From Arsukibacterium sp. (GTDB lineage: Bacteria > Pseudomonadota > Gammaproteobacteria > Enterobacterales > Alteromonadaceae), in the NCBI RefSeq assembly GCF_041616895.1, contig NZ_JBFJPY010000005.1:1401-65400 (forward strand): 64,000 nt of DNA, given 5' to 3'. Below are positions 44,895-53,974 of the stretch, piece by piece. Numbering within the stretch: position 1 is the stretch's first letter; each line of letters begins with the position of its first letter. A program made the translations under genes and the position numbers. Below the pieces are notes generated by a model. That model worked only from the letters and a program-made list of their open reading frames with translations, did no database searches and was not told the origin of the DNA.

Positions 44895-46010
44895 TTATAA
44901 ATCGATGTTTAATCGTTTCAAATCGGTTTTTGCCAGGGTGGTAAGTTGCTCTTCGGTCAGCTTGACGGCTGAAAACCAGGCTGCCGCATCTTGCTCAGTG
45001 GCTTTGCCAGCCGCTTTTAACTGCTGCCACTGCACATATACCTGCGCCTGCTGCACCAGACGGCCGAGTGGACTAATACCATTAAACCCAACGCCCTCAG
45101 CAAGCTGATCCAAGGTATGACATAGCGGTAAATGTTGCAGCGACCAGCGGGAAATGATGTCAGCACTAAGGATATCAGCAAACTCCAGTAAGCTATTGCT
45201 CAAGAAACTGGCATCAGGTTCTAGGCCATCGAGCGCATCGGTTAACTCGTTATTGCGCTCGTCTCTGGCCTTTAGCAGCTCTTCCTGCTTGGTTTGCTGA
45301 TACGTTCGCAAATAATTACGGGTTACCACTATATGGCCCAGTGGATGAAACAAACCAATACAAAAGGCCGCATAGGGCAGCTCGGCGCTGTCTTCAGCCA
45401 GCCTGCGGGCAGCAATAGCGCATGCCAGAGTATAATCCCACAACCTGGTTTTAAATCCAACGAAAGGATCAGTTGCGTGTGGTAAACAACGACGCATACC
45501 ATATACCGGAATAATCAGTTGCAGGCTTTCTACCCCGAGAAAACGCAGTGCCGTTCTGACGTCTTTGATCAGTGAACCTGAAGCAGTTCGATTACGATAT
45601 TGCGGTTGATTAACCAGTTTAAGCAGATCCTCCTTCAACCAGTCAACCTGGCTGATTAACGGGTCGAGCTGGTTGATGGTAACTGCTTTGTGGGCCAGTA
45701 TATCAAGTACCTGATGATAACTTTCACCTAAGTCAAAAATCGATGCGCTCACCAGCGATATGTTGCCCAGCCGCTGAAAAAGTTGATCTGCAACCTGGTC
45801 ATGCATATGAGCCTGGGCAAATTCGATAAACTGTTGCCTGGCTTGCTGCCCGGCCAAACGTTGTTGCATCGCTTCTGCATCGACCGCTAACAATTTTCTG
45901 CTGGTTGGCAAACCCGTTTTGACTTGATATTGCAGTCGGGCAGCTTCTGGATTAACCCCGATAAAGTCGTCCCAGAATTGCTGATTCAATGGCTCAGTCT
46001 GTTTGCTCAT
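44895..46010 (-). CDS. HDOD domain-containing protein
   Basis: LLKLVNQP...VRTALRFLG and GLFHPLGHIV (HD-like motif LFH). No catalytic partner domain is visible. Confidence 0.8.
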   Translation of the reverse strand: MSKQTEPLNQQFWDDFIGVNPEAARLQYQVKTGLPTSRKLLAVDAEAMQQRLAGQQARQQFIEFAQAHMHDQVADQLFQRLGNISLVSASIFDLGESYHQVLDILAHKAVTINQLDPLISQVDWLKEDLLKLVNQPQYRNRTASGSLIKDVRTALRFLGVESLQLIIPVYGMRRCLPHATDPFVGFKTRLWDYTLACAIAARRLAEDSAELPYAAFCIGLFHPLGHIVVTRNYLRTYQQTKQEELLKARDERNNELTDALDGLEPDASFLSNSLLEFADILSADIISRWSLQHLPLCHTLDQLAEGVGFNGISPLGRLVQQAQVYVQWQQLKAAGKATEQDAAAWFSAVKLTEEQLTTLAKTDLKRLNIDL

Positions 46011-46021
46011 TTAATATAAAC

Positions 46022-46621
46022 CTAACTATCGCCGGCAGCAGCAACAGGCTGCTGGAGAAAATTATTCAGCATCGCTTTACCGGCATCGCTTAAAATAGCT
46101 TCAGGATGAAACTGCACCCCATGTATCGCCATGTGTTTATGCATTAAAGCCATTATCTCGGCTGGCTGATCTGGTGCATTAGTCCAGGCCGTGGTCACCA
46201 GCTCCGCTGGCAAGCTGCTCGCGGCAACCAGCAAAGAATGATAGCGGGTTACCGCTAACGGGCTAGGCAAACCGGCAAATACCGACTGCCCCTGATGATA
46301 GATATCAGAGTTTTTACCGTGCATCACTTTTGTTGCCCGGCACACCTTACCACCAAACACCTGAGCAATCGCCTGATGACCAAGACACACGCCCAATAAT
46401 GGTACCTTGCCGGCAAAATATTCAATAGCCGCCAGACTCACCCCAGCGTCGTCTGGCGTACCCGGACCTGGTGATATTACCACATAAGCCGGGTTCAGTG
46501 ACGCCAACTGGGTCACACTGATCTCGTCATTACGTTTTACCAACACCGTTTGGCCAAGCTCTGCAAAATATTGCACCAGATTCCAGGTGAACGAGTCGTA
46601 ATTGTCGATCATTAACAACAT
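46022..46621 (-). CDS. pabA: Aminodeoxychorismate/anthranilate synthase component II
   Basis: [32 protein letters not shown]. Confidence 0.93.
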   Translation of the reverse strand: MLLMIDNYDSFTWNLVQYFAELGQTVLVKRNDEISVTQLASLNPAYVVISPGPGTPDDAGVSLAAIEYFAGKVPLLGVCLGHQAIAQVFGGKVCRATKVMHGKNSDIYHQGQSVFAGLPSPLAVTRYHSLLVAASSLPAELVTTAWTNAPDQPAEIMALMHKHMAIHGVQFHPEAILSDAGKAMLNNFLQQPVAAAGDS

Positions 46622-46672
46622 GCCTGACTCCGCTAATCCAGCAGCATTAAGATATCAGAGTGAACTGCGTTA

Positions 46673-47677
46673 TCAGGGAGCAACGAAACCTACCGCATCA
46701 TTTACTTTAGCAAGCGTCGCAGCAGCTCTGCTGCGTGCGTTCTCTGCACCAGCGCGCATCACTTTTTGCAGGGTTGGTAAATCTGCACGAAGCTCTGCAA
46801 AGCTTTTTTGCACCGGCTCCAGTAAATTAATCACTGCATCAGCAACGTCACCTTTCAGATGGCCATACATTTTACCTTCGTATTCCGCTTCCAGCGCAGC
46901 GACGGCTTTGCCGGTCACGCCACTTAGAATACTTAACAGGTTGGCTACACCCGGTTTCGTCTCAATATCAAACCGTACCCGTGGCGGATCTTCTGAGTCG
47001 GTCATGGCTTTTTTAAATTTCTTGCTGATCATTTTAGGATCTTCGAGCAAGCCAACAAAATTCCAAGGGTTTTCATCAGACTTTGACATCTTTTTGCTTG
47101 GATCCTGCAAACTCATTACCCGGGCAGCTACCGGCGGAATATAGGGCTCAGGTACGGTAAATATTGGGCCATGGCTGGCGTTAAAGCGCGTCGCGACATC
47201 GCGGGCCAGTTCTAAATGTTGCTTCTGATCATGACCTACCGGAATTTGATTAGCCTGATACAACAGAATGTCGGCGGCCATTAATACCGGATAGGTAAAT
47301 AAGCCGGCGTTTACATTGTTATTGTGACGCTCTGACTTATCTTTAAACTGAGTCATCCGGCCAAGCTCGCCAAACTGAGTATAACAGTTTAACACCCAGG
47401 CTAGCTGGCTATGCTCTGGCACATGGGATTGCATAAATACAGCTGAGCGTGCTGGGTCGATACCGCAGGCCAGATAGAGCGCCAGACTATCCAGCGACGC
47501 ATTACGCAACGCTACCGGATCCTGGCGCACCGTGATGGCATGCAGATCGACGATGCAATACAGACAGTCATAATCATCCTGCATTTGATCCCATTGCCGC
47601 AGTGCGCCCAAATAGTTACCAATGGTAAGTTGTCCTGAAGGTTGAGCGCCACTTAATACTATTGGTTTACTACTCAT
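46673..47677 (-). CDS. trpS: Tryptophanyl-tRNA synthetase
   Basis: [25 protein letters not shown]. Confidence 0.98.
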   Translation of the reverse strand: MSSKPIVLSGAQPSGQLTIGNYLGALRQWDQMQDDYDCLYCIVDLHAITVRQDPVALRNASLDSLALYLACGIDPARSAVFMQSHVPEHSQLAWVLNCYTQFGELGRMTQFKDKSERHNNNVNAGLFTYPVLMAADILLYQANQIPVGHDQKQHLELARDVATRFNASHGPIFTVPEPYIPPVAARVMSLQDPSKKMSKSDENPWNFVGLLEDPKMISKKFKKAMTDSEDPPRVRFDIETKPGVANLLSILSGVTGKAVAALEAEYEGKMYGHLKGDVADAVINLLEPVQKSFAELRADLPTLQKVMRAGAENARSRAAATLAKVNDAVGFVAP

Positions 47678-47759
47678 AATGGGTTCACTGTCCTTAACCG
47701 GTTAAAACATAAAAAAAAGAGCAACATTATAGCCGCAACGTACCACTGCCCGCAGTATA

Positions 47760-48437
47760 TTATTTGCTGCGCACTGCAGCCAGGGTCTGGCGCATGGTGT
47801 TTATCGTCTGCTGGTAATCCGCACTGTTAAAAATAGCCGAACCGGCGACAAACATATCAGCTCCTGCTTGAGCGATATCTCCAATATTATCCAATGTAAC
47901 ACCACCATCCACTTCTAAGCGGATAGGTAATCCACTGGTATCAATCATTTTGCGAACCTGAGCCAGCTTATCGAGGGTGCCGGGGATAAATTTTTGGCCA
48001 CCAAACCCCGGATTAACAGACATCAGCAAAATGACATCCAGTTTATCAATTACATAGTCCAGATAGCTCAGTGGTGTCGCCGGGTTAAATACTAAACCAG
48101 CCTGACAACCATGACTTTTAATCAGCTGCAAGGTGCGATCAATATGGCGGGAGGCTTCCGGATGAAACGTTATAATACTGGCGCCGGCTTCAGCAAACTG
48201 TGGGATCAGGCTATCCACCGGTTCTACCATCAAGTGCACATCGATGGGCGCGGTGATGCCATAATTTCGTAACGACTTACAAACCATTGGCCCTATTGTC
48301 AGGTTTGGCACGTAATGATTGTCCATCACATCAAAGTGCACCACATCGGCCCCTGCGGCTAGCACGTTGTAAACCTCATTGCCAAGCCTGGCGAAATCAG
48401 CAGATAAAATGGAGGGAGCAATTAAATAAGGCAACAT
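47760..48437 (-). CDS. rpe: Ribulose-phosphate 3-epimerase
   Basis: [37 protein letters not shown]. Confidence 0.98.
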   Translation of the reverse strand: MLPYLIAPSILSADFARLGNEVYNVLAAGADVVHFDVMDNHYVPNLTIGPMVCKSLRNYGITAPIDVHLMVEPVDSLIPQFAEAGASIITFHPEASRHIDRTLQLIKSHGCQAGLVFNPATPLSYLDYVIDKLDVILLMSVNPGFGGQKFIPGTLDKLAQVRKMIDTSGLPIRLEVDGGVTLDNIGDIAQAGADMFVAGSAIFNSADYQQTINTMRQTLAAVRSK

Positions 48438-48505
48438 TAGGCAACTCCATAAATGTTAAAGGGAGACTTTACTGAATTAGCCGGCAAAAAGCACGTGCTG
48501 TGCGT

Positions 48506-48621
48506 TGCACAAAAAGCAGGCAGTTGCGCACCAGCAAAGCGCATTAGTTCGTTAAATAGAAAAGCAAAACAAATTAAAGCATTGTATTTAATAGCTTATT
48601 TCATTTGGCATGCTTATTGGA
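48506..48621 (+). promoter_or_regulatory. Candidate NtrC-like enhancer pair plus a non-canonical sigma-54 promoter
   Basis: TGCAC-AAAAAGC-AGGCA (48506-48522) and cGCAC-CAGCAAA-GCGCA (48527-48543), 21 bp apart. TGGCATGCTTATTGGA at 48606-48621 has GG at -24 but TTGG instead of TTGC at -12. Confidence 0.4.
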
Positions 48622-48658
48622 ATGTATTAATCAGGGAATAAACATAAGGGCAACACCA

Positions 48659-49339
48659 ATGAAAATGACAACGACACTTTCCAGCTTAGTTACCGCCAGC
48701 TTATTATTAGGCCTGGCCAGCACCAGTACGCAAAGCCACGCCGTTGAACTGAGTGGTGACATCACGTTTACCTCTGATTACGCCTTTCGCGGTATTTCAC
48801 AAACCGACGAAGCGCCTGCAATCCAGGGTGGCTTAACCCTAAGTGATGAAACTGGTTTTTATGTCTCTGTATGGGGCTCCAGCGTTGACTTTGGTGGTCA
48901 GGGAACACTTGAGTTTGATGTGATGCTTGGCTGGAGCGGTGCGCTTAATGACGACTGGACGGCAGATGTAGGCGTAATGCGTTATGGCTACCCTAATACA
49001 GAATTTGCCGGCTCCAATTTTTATGAGCTTTATGGCTCACTTTCTTATCAGGATTTCACCTTTGGACTTGCGTTCAGCGACGATTACTATGCCAATGCCG
49101 GAACCTATTTTTATCTGTATGGCGGTTACAGTTATGCACTTACCGACAACCTGGCCCTGGACCTTCATGTGGGACACAATGAGTACGATGACAGTGCTGC
49201 AAGTTATCTGGACTGGAGTATTGGTTTAAGTACTGAGGTATTAGGCGCGGGATTAAGCCTCGCCTACGTCGATACGGACATTGATGACTGTAACCTGTGT
49301 GATAGTCGGGTCATTTTCACCGTTTCGAAAGGTTTCTGA
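48659..49339 (+). CDS. TorF-family putative porin (TIGR02001-like)
   Basis: Start MKMTTTL at 48659. Signal peptide, TSDYAFRGISQT..PAIQGG, YVSVWGSSVDF, C-terminal Phe. Confidence 0.85.
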   Translation: MKMTTTLSSLVTASLLLGLASTSTQSHAVELSGDITFTSDYAFRGISQTDEAPAIQGGLTLSDETGFYVSVWGSSVDFGGQGTLEFDVMLGWSGALNDDWTADVGVMRYGYPNTEFAGSNFYELYGSLSYQDFTFGLAFSDDYYANAGTYFYLYGGYSYALTDNLALDLHVGHNEYDDSAASYLDWSIGLSTEVLGAGLSLAYVDTDIDDCNLCDSRVIFTVSKGF

Positions 49340-49350
49340 GTGTAGCAAAT

Positions 49351-49380
49351 AAAAAGTTGCTCAGGGCCCCCTGAGCAACT
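49351..49380 (-). terminator. Hairpin with a U-tract only on the minus strand
   Basis: AAAAAGTTGCTCAGG-GCCC-CCTGAGCAACT. The A-tract precedes the stem on the plus strand and no T-tract follows it. Confidence 0.65.
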
Positions 49381-49484
49381 GATCTAGTCAAATACTCCCG
49401 CGTATATTAAATAACCAACTTGTATCCCCTAGGCAGATCCATTACACTCTGCCGTTAGTGATTAAAGCGTTAACTGGATTTAAC

Positions 49485-49739
49485 ATGAAAATTACCATTA
49501 GCAGTAAGGCATTAGCGATTGGAGCGGCGGTAATCATTGCCATTGCCACCATAAGCTATGCGAAAATAAGCCCTTTGTGCCAGGACGGCACCGGTGCAAC
49601 AACAACTGAATTATGTCATAACGTACAACAGAATTGGTTAAGCTGGATTAAAGGCGACAGTCGTTCCACCCAATTCCATTTTGTAGATTTCCTTGAATTA
49701 CTAAACCGTTTAACACCTTCCAATAGTAAATCGAACTAA
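49485..49739 (+). CDS. Small hypothetical exported/membrane protein
   Basis: MKITISSKALAIGAAVIIAIATISYA hydrophobic N-terminus, two Cys, C-terminal RSTQFHFVDFLELL. Its stop overlaps the next start (TAATG). Confidence 0.65.
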   Translation: MKITISSKALAIGAAVIIAIATISYAKISPLCQDGTGATTTELCHNVQQNWLSWIKGDSRSTQFHFVDFLELLNRLTPSNSKSN

Positions 49740-49933
49740 TGCCCCACAGCAAGGCCCGTACCTGGCAAGTAATCAAAGCAGTGCTGGGGGCGTTTGCCGG
49801 TGTCCAGTCAGAGCAACAACGCCAGATGGATTTTCAAACAAACAGTATTGTGCCTTACGTCATAGCGGGCATTATCGCCGCCCTGCTATTTGTTGCAGCT
49901 TTGCTGCTGACAGTATCCCTGGTACTGGGCTAG
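49739..49933 (+). CDS. DUF2970-like small membrane protein
   Basis: VIKAVLGAFAGVQSEQQRQMDF followed by a hydrophobic C-terminal helix. Confidence 0.8.
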   Translation: MPHSKARTWQVIKAVLGAFAGVQSEQQRQMDFQTNSIVPYVIAGIIAALLFVAALLLTVSLVLG

Positions 49934-50747
49934 CACCGTATAACGCAAATAATTCTGCAACCTTGCCCCTGCCAGCGCCATTCTGACTAATTGACCGACC
50001 GACCTTTAAACTGTGCAGCGTTGCTTGCTGATAAATTTTCCGGGTCCAGGTGGTATCATGGTTGCTGATCAGTACACTGTGACCTTTTTGCTGTGCCTGC
50101 TCTGCCAGATTGGCCAATTGTGCCTGATCATCAAGATTGAAGCCCTGGCGGGCGTAGCTGGTAAAACTTGCTGTCTTACTTAGAGGGACATAAGGCGGGT
50201 CACAATACACCACAGCGCCAGGCGACAGAGTGGCAAATACCTGTTGATAGCTACTGCAACTAAAACGGGCCTTTTGTGCTTTTTCGGCAAAATAATACAA
50301 CTCAGCCTCTGGAAAATAAGGCTTTTTATAACTGCCAAACGGCACATTAAACTTTCCTGACAAGTTATAACGGCATAATCCATTGTAACCATGGCGGTTC
50401 AGGTATAAAAACAAAATTGCCCGTTGATACGGATCAACGCTTTCATTAAATTGTTGCCGCATGCCAAGATAGCTACTGCGAAGATTTGCGCTGGCACAAA
50501 ACAGGCTGCGGGCATCAGCGACAAAGGCGTCTGCTTTATGCTGCACAATTTGATATAACTGGATCAAGTCTGCGTTAATATCATTAAGCAAATAACGTGG
50601 ATAATCGGTATTAAGGAACACAGAGCCGGCACCGGCAAATGGCTCGACTAACTCTGGCCCGTCGGGCAAATGTTTAATCAGTTCAGGTACCAAGCTGTAT
50701 TTACCACCGGCCCACTTAAGAAATGCCCGGTTACGCTTTACATTCAC
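49872..50747 (-). CDS. dam: DNA adenine methylase
   Basis: GTG start at 50747 after AGGA. RAFLKWAGGK, EPFAGAGSV, YLNRHGYNGLCRYN, catalytic YCDPPY, ISNH. Downstream of damX. Confidence 0.96.
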   Translation of the reverse strand: MNVKRNRAFLKWAGGKYSLVPELIKHLPDGPELVEPFAGAGSVFLNTDYPRYLLNDINADLIQLYQIVQHKADAFVADARSLFCASANLRSSYLGMRQQFNESVDPYQRAILFLYLNRHGYNGLCRYNLSGKFNVPFGSYKKPYFPEAELYYFAEKAQKARFSCSSYQQVFATLSPGAVVYCDPPYVPLSKTASFTSYARQGFNLDDQAQLANLAEQAQQKGHSVLISNHDTTWTRKIYQQATLHSLKVGRSISQNGAGRGKVAELFALYGASPVPGILSAAKLQQIAGRR

Positions 50748-50751
50748 TATG

Positions 50752-52215
50752 CTATTCCTGCAGTTCTGACTCAGCACGCAATCGAGCCAACGCCTTAATT
50801 TCTTGCTGTACCTGTCCAACTGGCTTAATAAACGGACCTGCAGTGCGCAACGGTTCTGCCAGTAACGCTCTTGCCTGACGAGCGCTACTCACATCTGAAT
50901 AATGCCCCTCCGCCAACAATATCCACTGCAATTGGCCCTGCCAGCTGCGCTGATACACCGCTATAGCGATATCAGGGTATGTACGCATAAAGCGTGCTAA
51001 TGCTACTTCAGACGATAACACAGCCAGCTGCAATACTCTGGACTCTGCCGGCAATTCAAGCAATTGCGGTTCCTGATAGCGAAAATCGCTTGTCAGCGCC
51101 GCAGCAACACCGTTGTGCTCTACCGGGTTTGTCGCAGGAGAACCGGTAATCGGTTCACTGATTACCGCTGCTTGCGCTTCGGTATCGACAGGCTCTGTAG
51201 TCGGCATTTCGCTTTTTGCAGACTGCGCGGGTATAGCAATTAACTCAGGCTGTGTATGTGCATTCTCCTGCCCCGATGTAAGCAGAGGACTTTCAAAAAC
51301 GTCAGAGCGCTTGTTAAGTTCAGGACTGGTTGCTGCAGTTACAATGTTGCTGTTTGTTAGCTCAGGGTTGTTTGTCGAGTCCTCAATGATATTTTCTGTC
51401 TGCTCAGCGCTACTGGTAAGTTCGGGGCTTTTTATCTGCTCAGGGCTGTTTATCTGCTCTGGGCTAATTACTGCAGAGCCGTCTTGCTGTATTTCCGGCT
51501 TGGAATTGGTTTCTGCTGTAGCTTGCTCTTGGCTTGCTGGTTGTAGCCAGCTAATTATCCCAGTCAGCAGCAACAACACTATCACCGCAGGTAACAACCA
51601 CAACACGACAGAAAGAGGCTTGCGTTCTTCAGGTTTAATCACCGCAGAGTGCAACAGGTGCATGTTTCCGGCACTGGTTGCGAATCGTTCAGCAATAGCA
51701 AGCGGATCAAGTGGTTGGTCTTTAAGTACCTGACTTGCATCTTGCAGCGTAGGAATATTAATACCTAAATTCAGTGCCATCCTGATCGAGGGCTCGGATA
51801 TCAGAAAAAAACCGAGGCAATCAAGCTGCAGTAATTTTTGTTGCGTTTGTTCAGAAAGCTGATCAAAATTGTCAACAATTAATAATAAAGGTAGGACACC
51901 TGTTACTGGCTCAGCCATCAAGTCAGACAAAGAGAGCGTTGTACTATGATTACCAAACCAATGTTGCTGCAATAAGGCATCTATCTCAGTAGACGCCAAG
52001 GGGCCGGTTAGCAGCGCGACATTAGCCTGATCTGAGAAAAGCTCAGCCAGCGCTAAACTAATTGTCGATTTTCCGCTGCCTTTTGCTCCGACTAAACCAA
52101 TGTTCTGAAAATCGTTAAACGCCAGTTGAAATAATAATCGGTTTAGTAGTTCATGTTGTGATGGCAACAAATGATCCAACTCAGCAAGTTTTTGCTGTAG
52201 TAGCGAGGTATCCAT
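50752..52215 (-). CDS. damX: DamX-like SPOR protein with an N-terminal P-loop domain
   Basis: Position between aroB and dam. Walker A-like GAKGSGKS, Walker B-like LLIVDN, one TM, low-complexity linker, SPOR-like C-terminus (LQLAVLSS...GHYSDVSSARQA). Confidence 0.72.
   Translation of the reverse strand: MDTSLLQQKLAELDHLLPSQHELLNRLLFQLAFNDFQNIGLVGAKGSGKSTISLALAELFSDQANVALLTGPLASTEIDALLQQHWFGNHSTTLSLSDLMAEPVTGVLPLLLIVDNFDQLSEQTQQKLLQLDCLGFFLISEPSIRMALNLGINIPTLQDASQVLKDQPLDPLAIAERFATSAGNMHLLHSAVIKPEERKPLSVVLWLLPAVIVLLLLTGIISWLQPASQEQATAETNSKPEIQQDGSAVISPEQINSPEQIKSPELTSSAEQTENIIEDSTNNPELTNSNIVTAATSPELNKRSDVFESPLLTSGQENAHTQPELIAIPAQSAKSEMPTTEPVDTEAQAAVISEPITGSPATNPVEHNGVAAALTSDFRYQEPQLLELPAESRVLQLAVLSSEVALARFMRTYPDIAIAVYQRSWQGQLQWILLAEGHYSDVSSARQARALLAEPLRTAGPFIKPVGQVQQEIKALARLRAESELQE
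51425..51465 (-). repeat. 18-bp coding tandem repeat (SPEQIN/SPEQIK) in the damX linker
   Basis: gggctttttatctgctca / gggctgtttatctgctct / gggct. Confidence 0.8.
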
Positions 52216-53270
52216 TAGCCAAAAACCTGCAATAATTCAGCTTCGGTCACATCAGCGACCAGTCGGGCCTGTCCCAACGCAGGTAACAGCACAAACCGCA
52301 TCTGGCCGTCTTTCACTTTTTTGTCTGTTTTCATATAAGGTAAAAAATCGGCGATTTGCATCGAGTCAGGCATCACTACCGGTAAGCGGAAACATTGCAA
52401 TGCTCTGCCAACAAGGGCCACATCACTCTGACTCAACCAGCCGCGATGTGCCGACAATGTTGCTGCCATCATCATACCCACGGCAACCGCTTCGCCATGC
52501 AACCAGTTACCATAGCCCATAAAAGCTTCAATAGCATGGCCAAAGGTATGTCCAAGATTTAACAACGCCCGTTCACCTTGCTCGGTCTCATCCCGGCTCA
52601 CAATATCAGCCTTCATCTGACAACAATGTTTAATCATCCGGGCCAATATCTCTGGCTGCTGCTGCAGGATTTGCTCACTATGTTGTAACAGCCAGTCTAG
52701 AAAGGTGTTGTCACCCAGTAACGCATACTTAACTACTTCTGCCATACCTGCAGCGAACTCGCGCTGCGGCAGCGTCGCCAAAGTTTCAGTACTGATAATG
52801 ACTTGCTCGGGCTGTTTAAAAGCACCAATCATGTTTTTGCCAAGAGGATGATTTACGGCTGTTTTCCCGCCAACTGAAGAGTCTACCTGAGACAATAAAC
52901 TGGTGGGTATTTGCAAAAAACGGACACCCCGTTGATAACTTGCGGCAACAAATCCGGTAAGATCACCAATTACACCACCACCCAGTGCAACCAGTAACAC
53001 GTCTCTGGAGACACCTTGTTGCAGCAAAAAAGATAAAATCTTTTCAAAAGAAGCCAGACTTTTAAATGCTTCACCATCTTCAATCAGGATGTGCTGAGGG
53101 GAACGACTAAACAGGGCCTTAACTTTTGCTAAATATAGCGGCGCCACGGTAGGGTTAGAGACGATGACAACTTGCCGGGTATCGGCCAGCGAAGCGATAA
53201 GAGAACTAAAGCCGGTATTGATATCTATCGGGTAGCTGCGCTGACCAAGTTGGACTTCAACTTTTTGCAT
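52215..53270 (-). CDS. aroB: 3-dehydroquinate synthase
   Basis: GGGVIGDL, PTSLLSQVDSSVGGKT, NLGHTFGHAIE, HGEAV. Confidence 0.98.
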   Translation of the reverse strand: MQKVEVQLGQRSYPIDINTGFSSLIASLADTRQVVIVSNPTVAPLYLAKVKALFSRSPQHILIEDGEAFKSLASFEKILSFLLQQGVSRDVLLVALGGGVIGDLTGFVAASYQRGVRFLQIPTSLLSQVDSSVGGKTAVNHPLGKNMIGAFKQPEQVIISTETLATLPQREFAAGMAEVVKYALLGDNTFLDWLLQHSEQILQQQPEILARMIKHCCQMKADIVSRDETEQGERALLNLGHTFGHAIEAFMGYGNWLHGEAVAVGMMMAATLSAHRGWLSQSDVALVGRALQCFRLPVVMPDSMQIADFLPYMKTDKKVKDGQMRFVLLPALGQARLVADVTEAELLQVFG

Positions 53271-53288
53271 TTGCAGCTCCCTTTTTCG

Positions 53289-53807
53289 TTAAAAACCCAA
53301 CTGTTCAATAATCTGGTTTGCGACTGCCCGGGCGCTTTGTTCGTCTGTGCGTACGGTAAAATCAGCAATCTCTTCATACAAAGGATTTCGATCCGCAGCC
53401 AACCGTTCTAACACTTCGCGAGGGGCTTCTTCAGTTTGCAGCAAAGGCCTGCGTTTATCGCGTTGCGTCCGAGCTACTTGCTTCTCTATCGGGGTTTCCA
53501 GATAAACCACAATACCCCGTGCCGATAGGCGGTTGCGAGTTTCTTTACTCATCACCGAACCACCACCCGTCGCCAAAACGATACCCTGCAATTCGGTTAA
53601 ATCTGAAATGACCGTCTCTTCACGAACTCTGAAACCTTCTTCCCCTTCCAAATCAAATACCCAGGCAATATCAGCACCGGTGCGGCGCTCAATTTCCTGA
53701 TCTGAATCGTAGAAGTCAAGATGAAGCATGTCTGCTAAATGACGTCCGATAGTGCTTTTGCCTGCGCCCATCGGGCCCACAAGGAAGATATTACGTTTTT
53801 CTGCCAT
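53289..53807 (-). CDS. aroK: Shikimate kinase
   Basis: [30 protein letters not shown]. Confidence 0.98.
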   Translation of the reverse strand: MAEKRNIFLVGPMGAGKSTIGRHLADMLHLDFYDSDQEIERRTGADIAWVFDLEGEEGFRVREETVISDLTELQGIVLATGGGSVMSKETRNRLSARGIVVYLETPIEKQVARTQRDKRRPLLQTEEAPREVLERLAADRNPLYEEIADFTVRTDEQSARAVANQIIEQLGF

Positions 53808-53889
53808 ATGTCGTAGTGCTAAATCAGCTTACTCAATGAAAAGTTGAATTGAAGGACCAAAAGGCTCCCGCGAAAATTTGAAGCGCTGA

Positions 53890-53919
53890 ATTATGTCAGG
53901 AATGGCCTTTCGTTGGCAA
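53890..53919 (-). promoter_or_regulatory. Putative sigma-70 promoter for aroK-aroB-damX-dam
   Basis: Minus strand TTGCCA(53919-53914)-18 nt-CATAAT(53895-53890), with an extended -10 TG. Confidence 0.45.
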
Positions 53920-53974
53920 GTTAAATCTGACTTGATTCGGGAAGCTGCTATGCAGCTCCCGAATCAAACCACTT

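Noticed and set aside
51113-51733. 206-aa antisense ORF within damX
   Set aside because: Shadow of the low-complexity linker and its 18-bp repeat.
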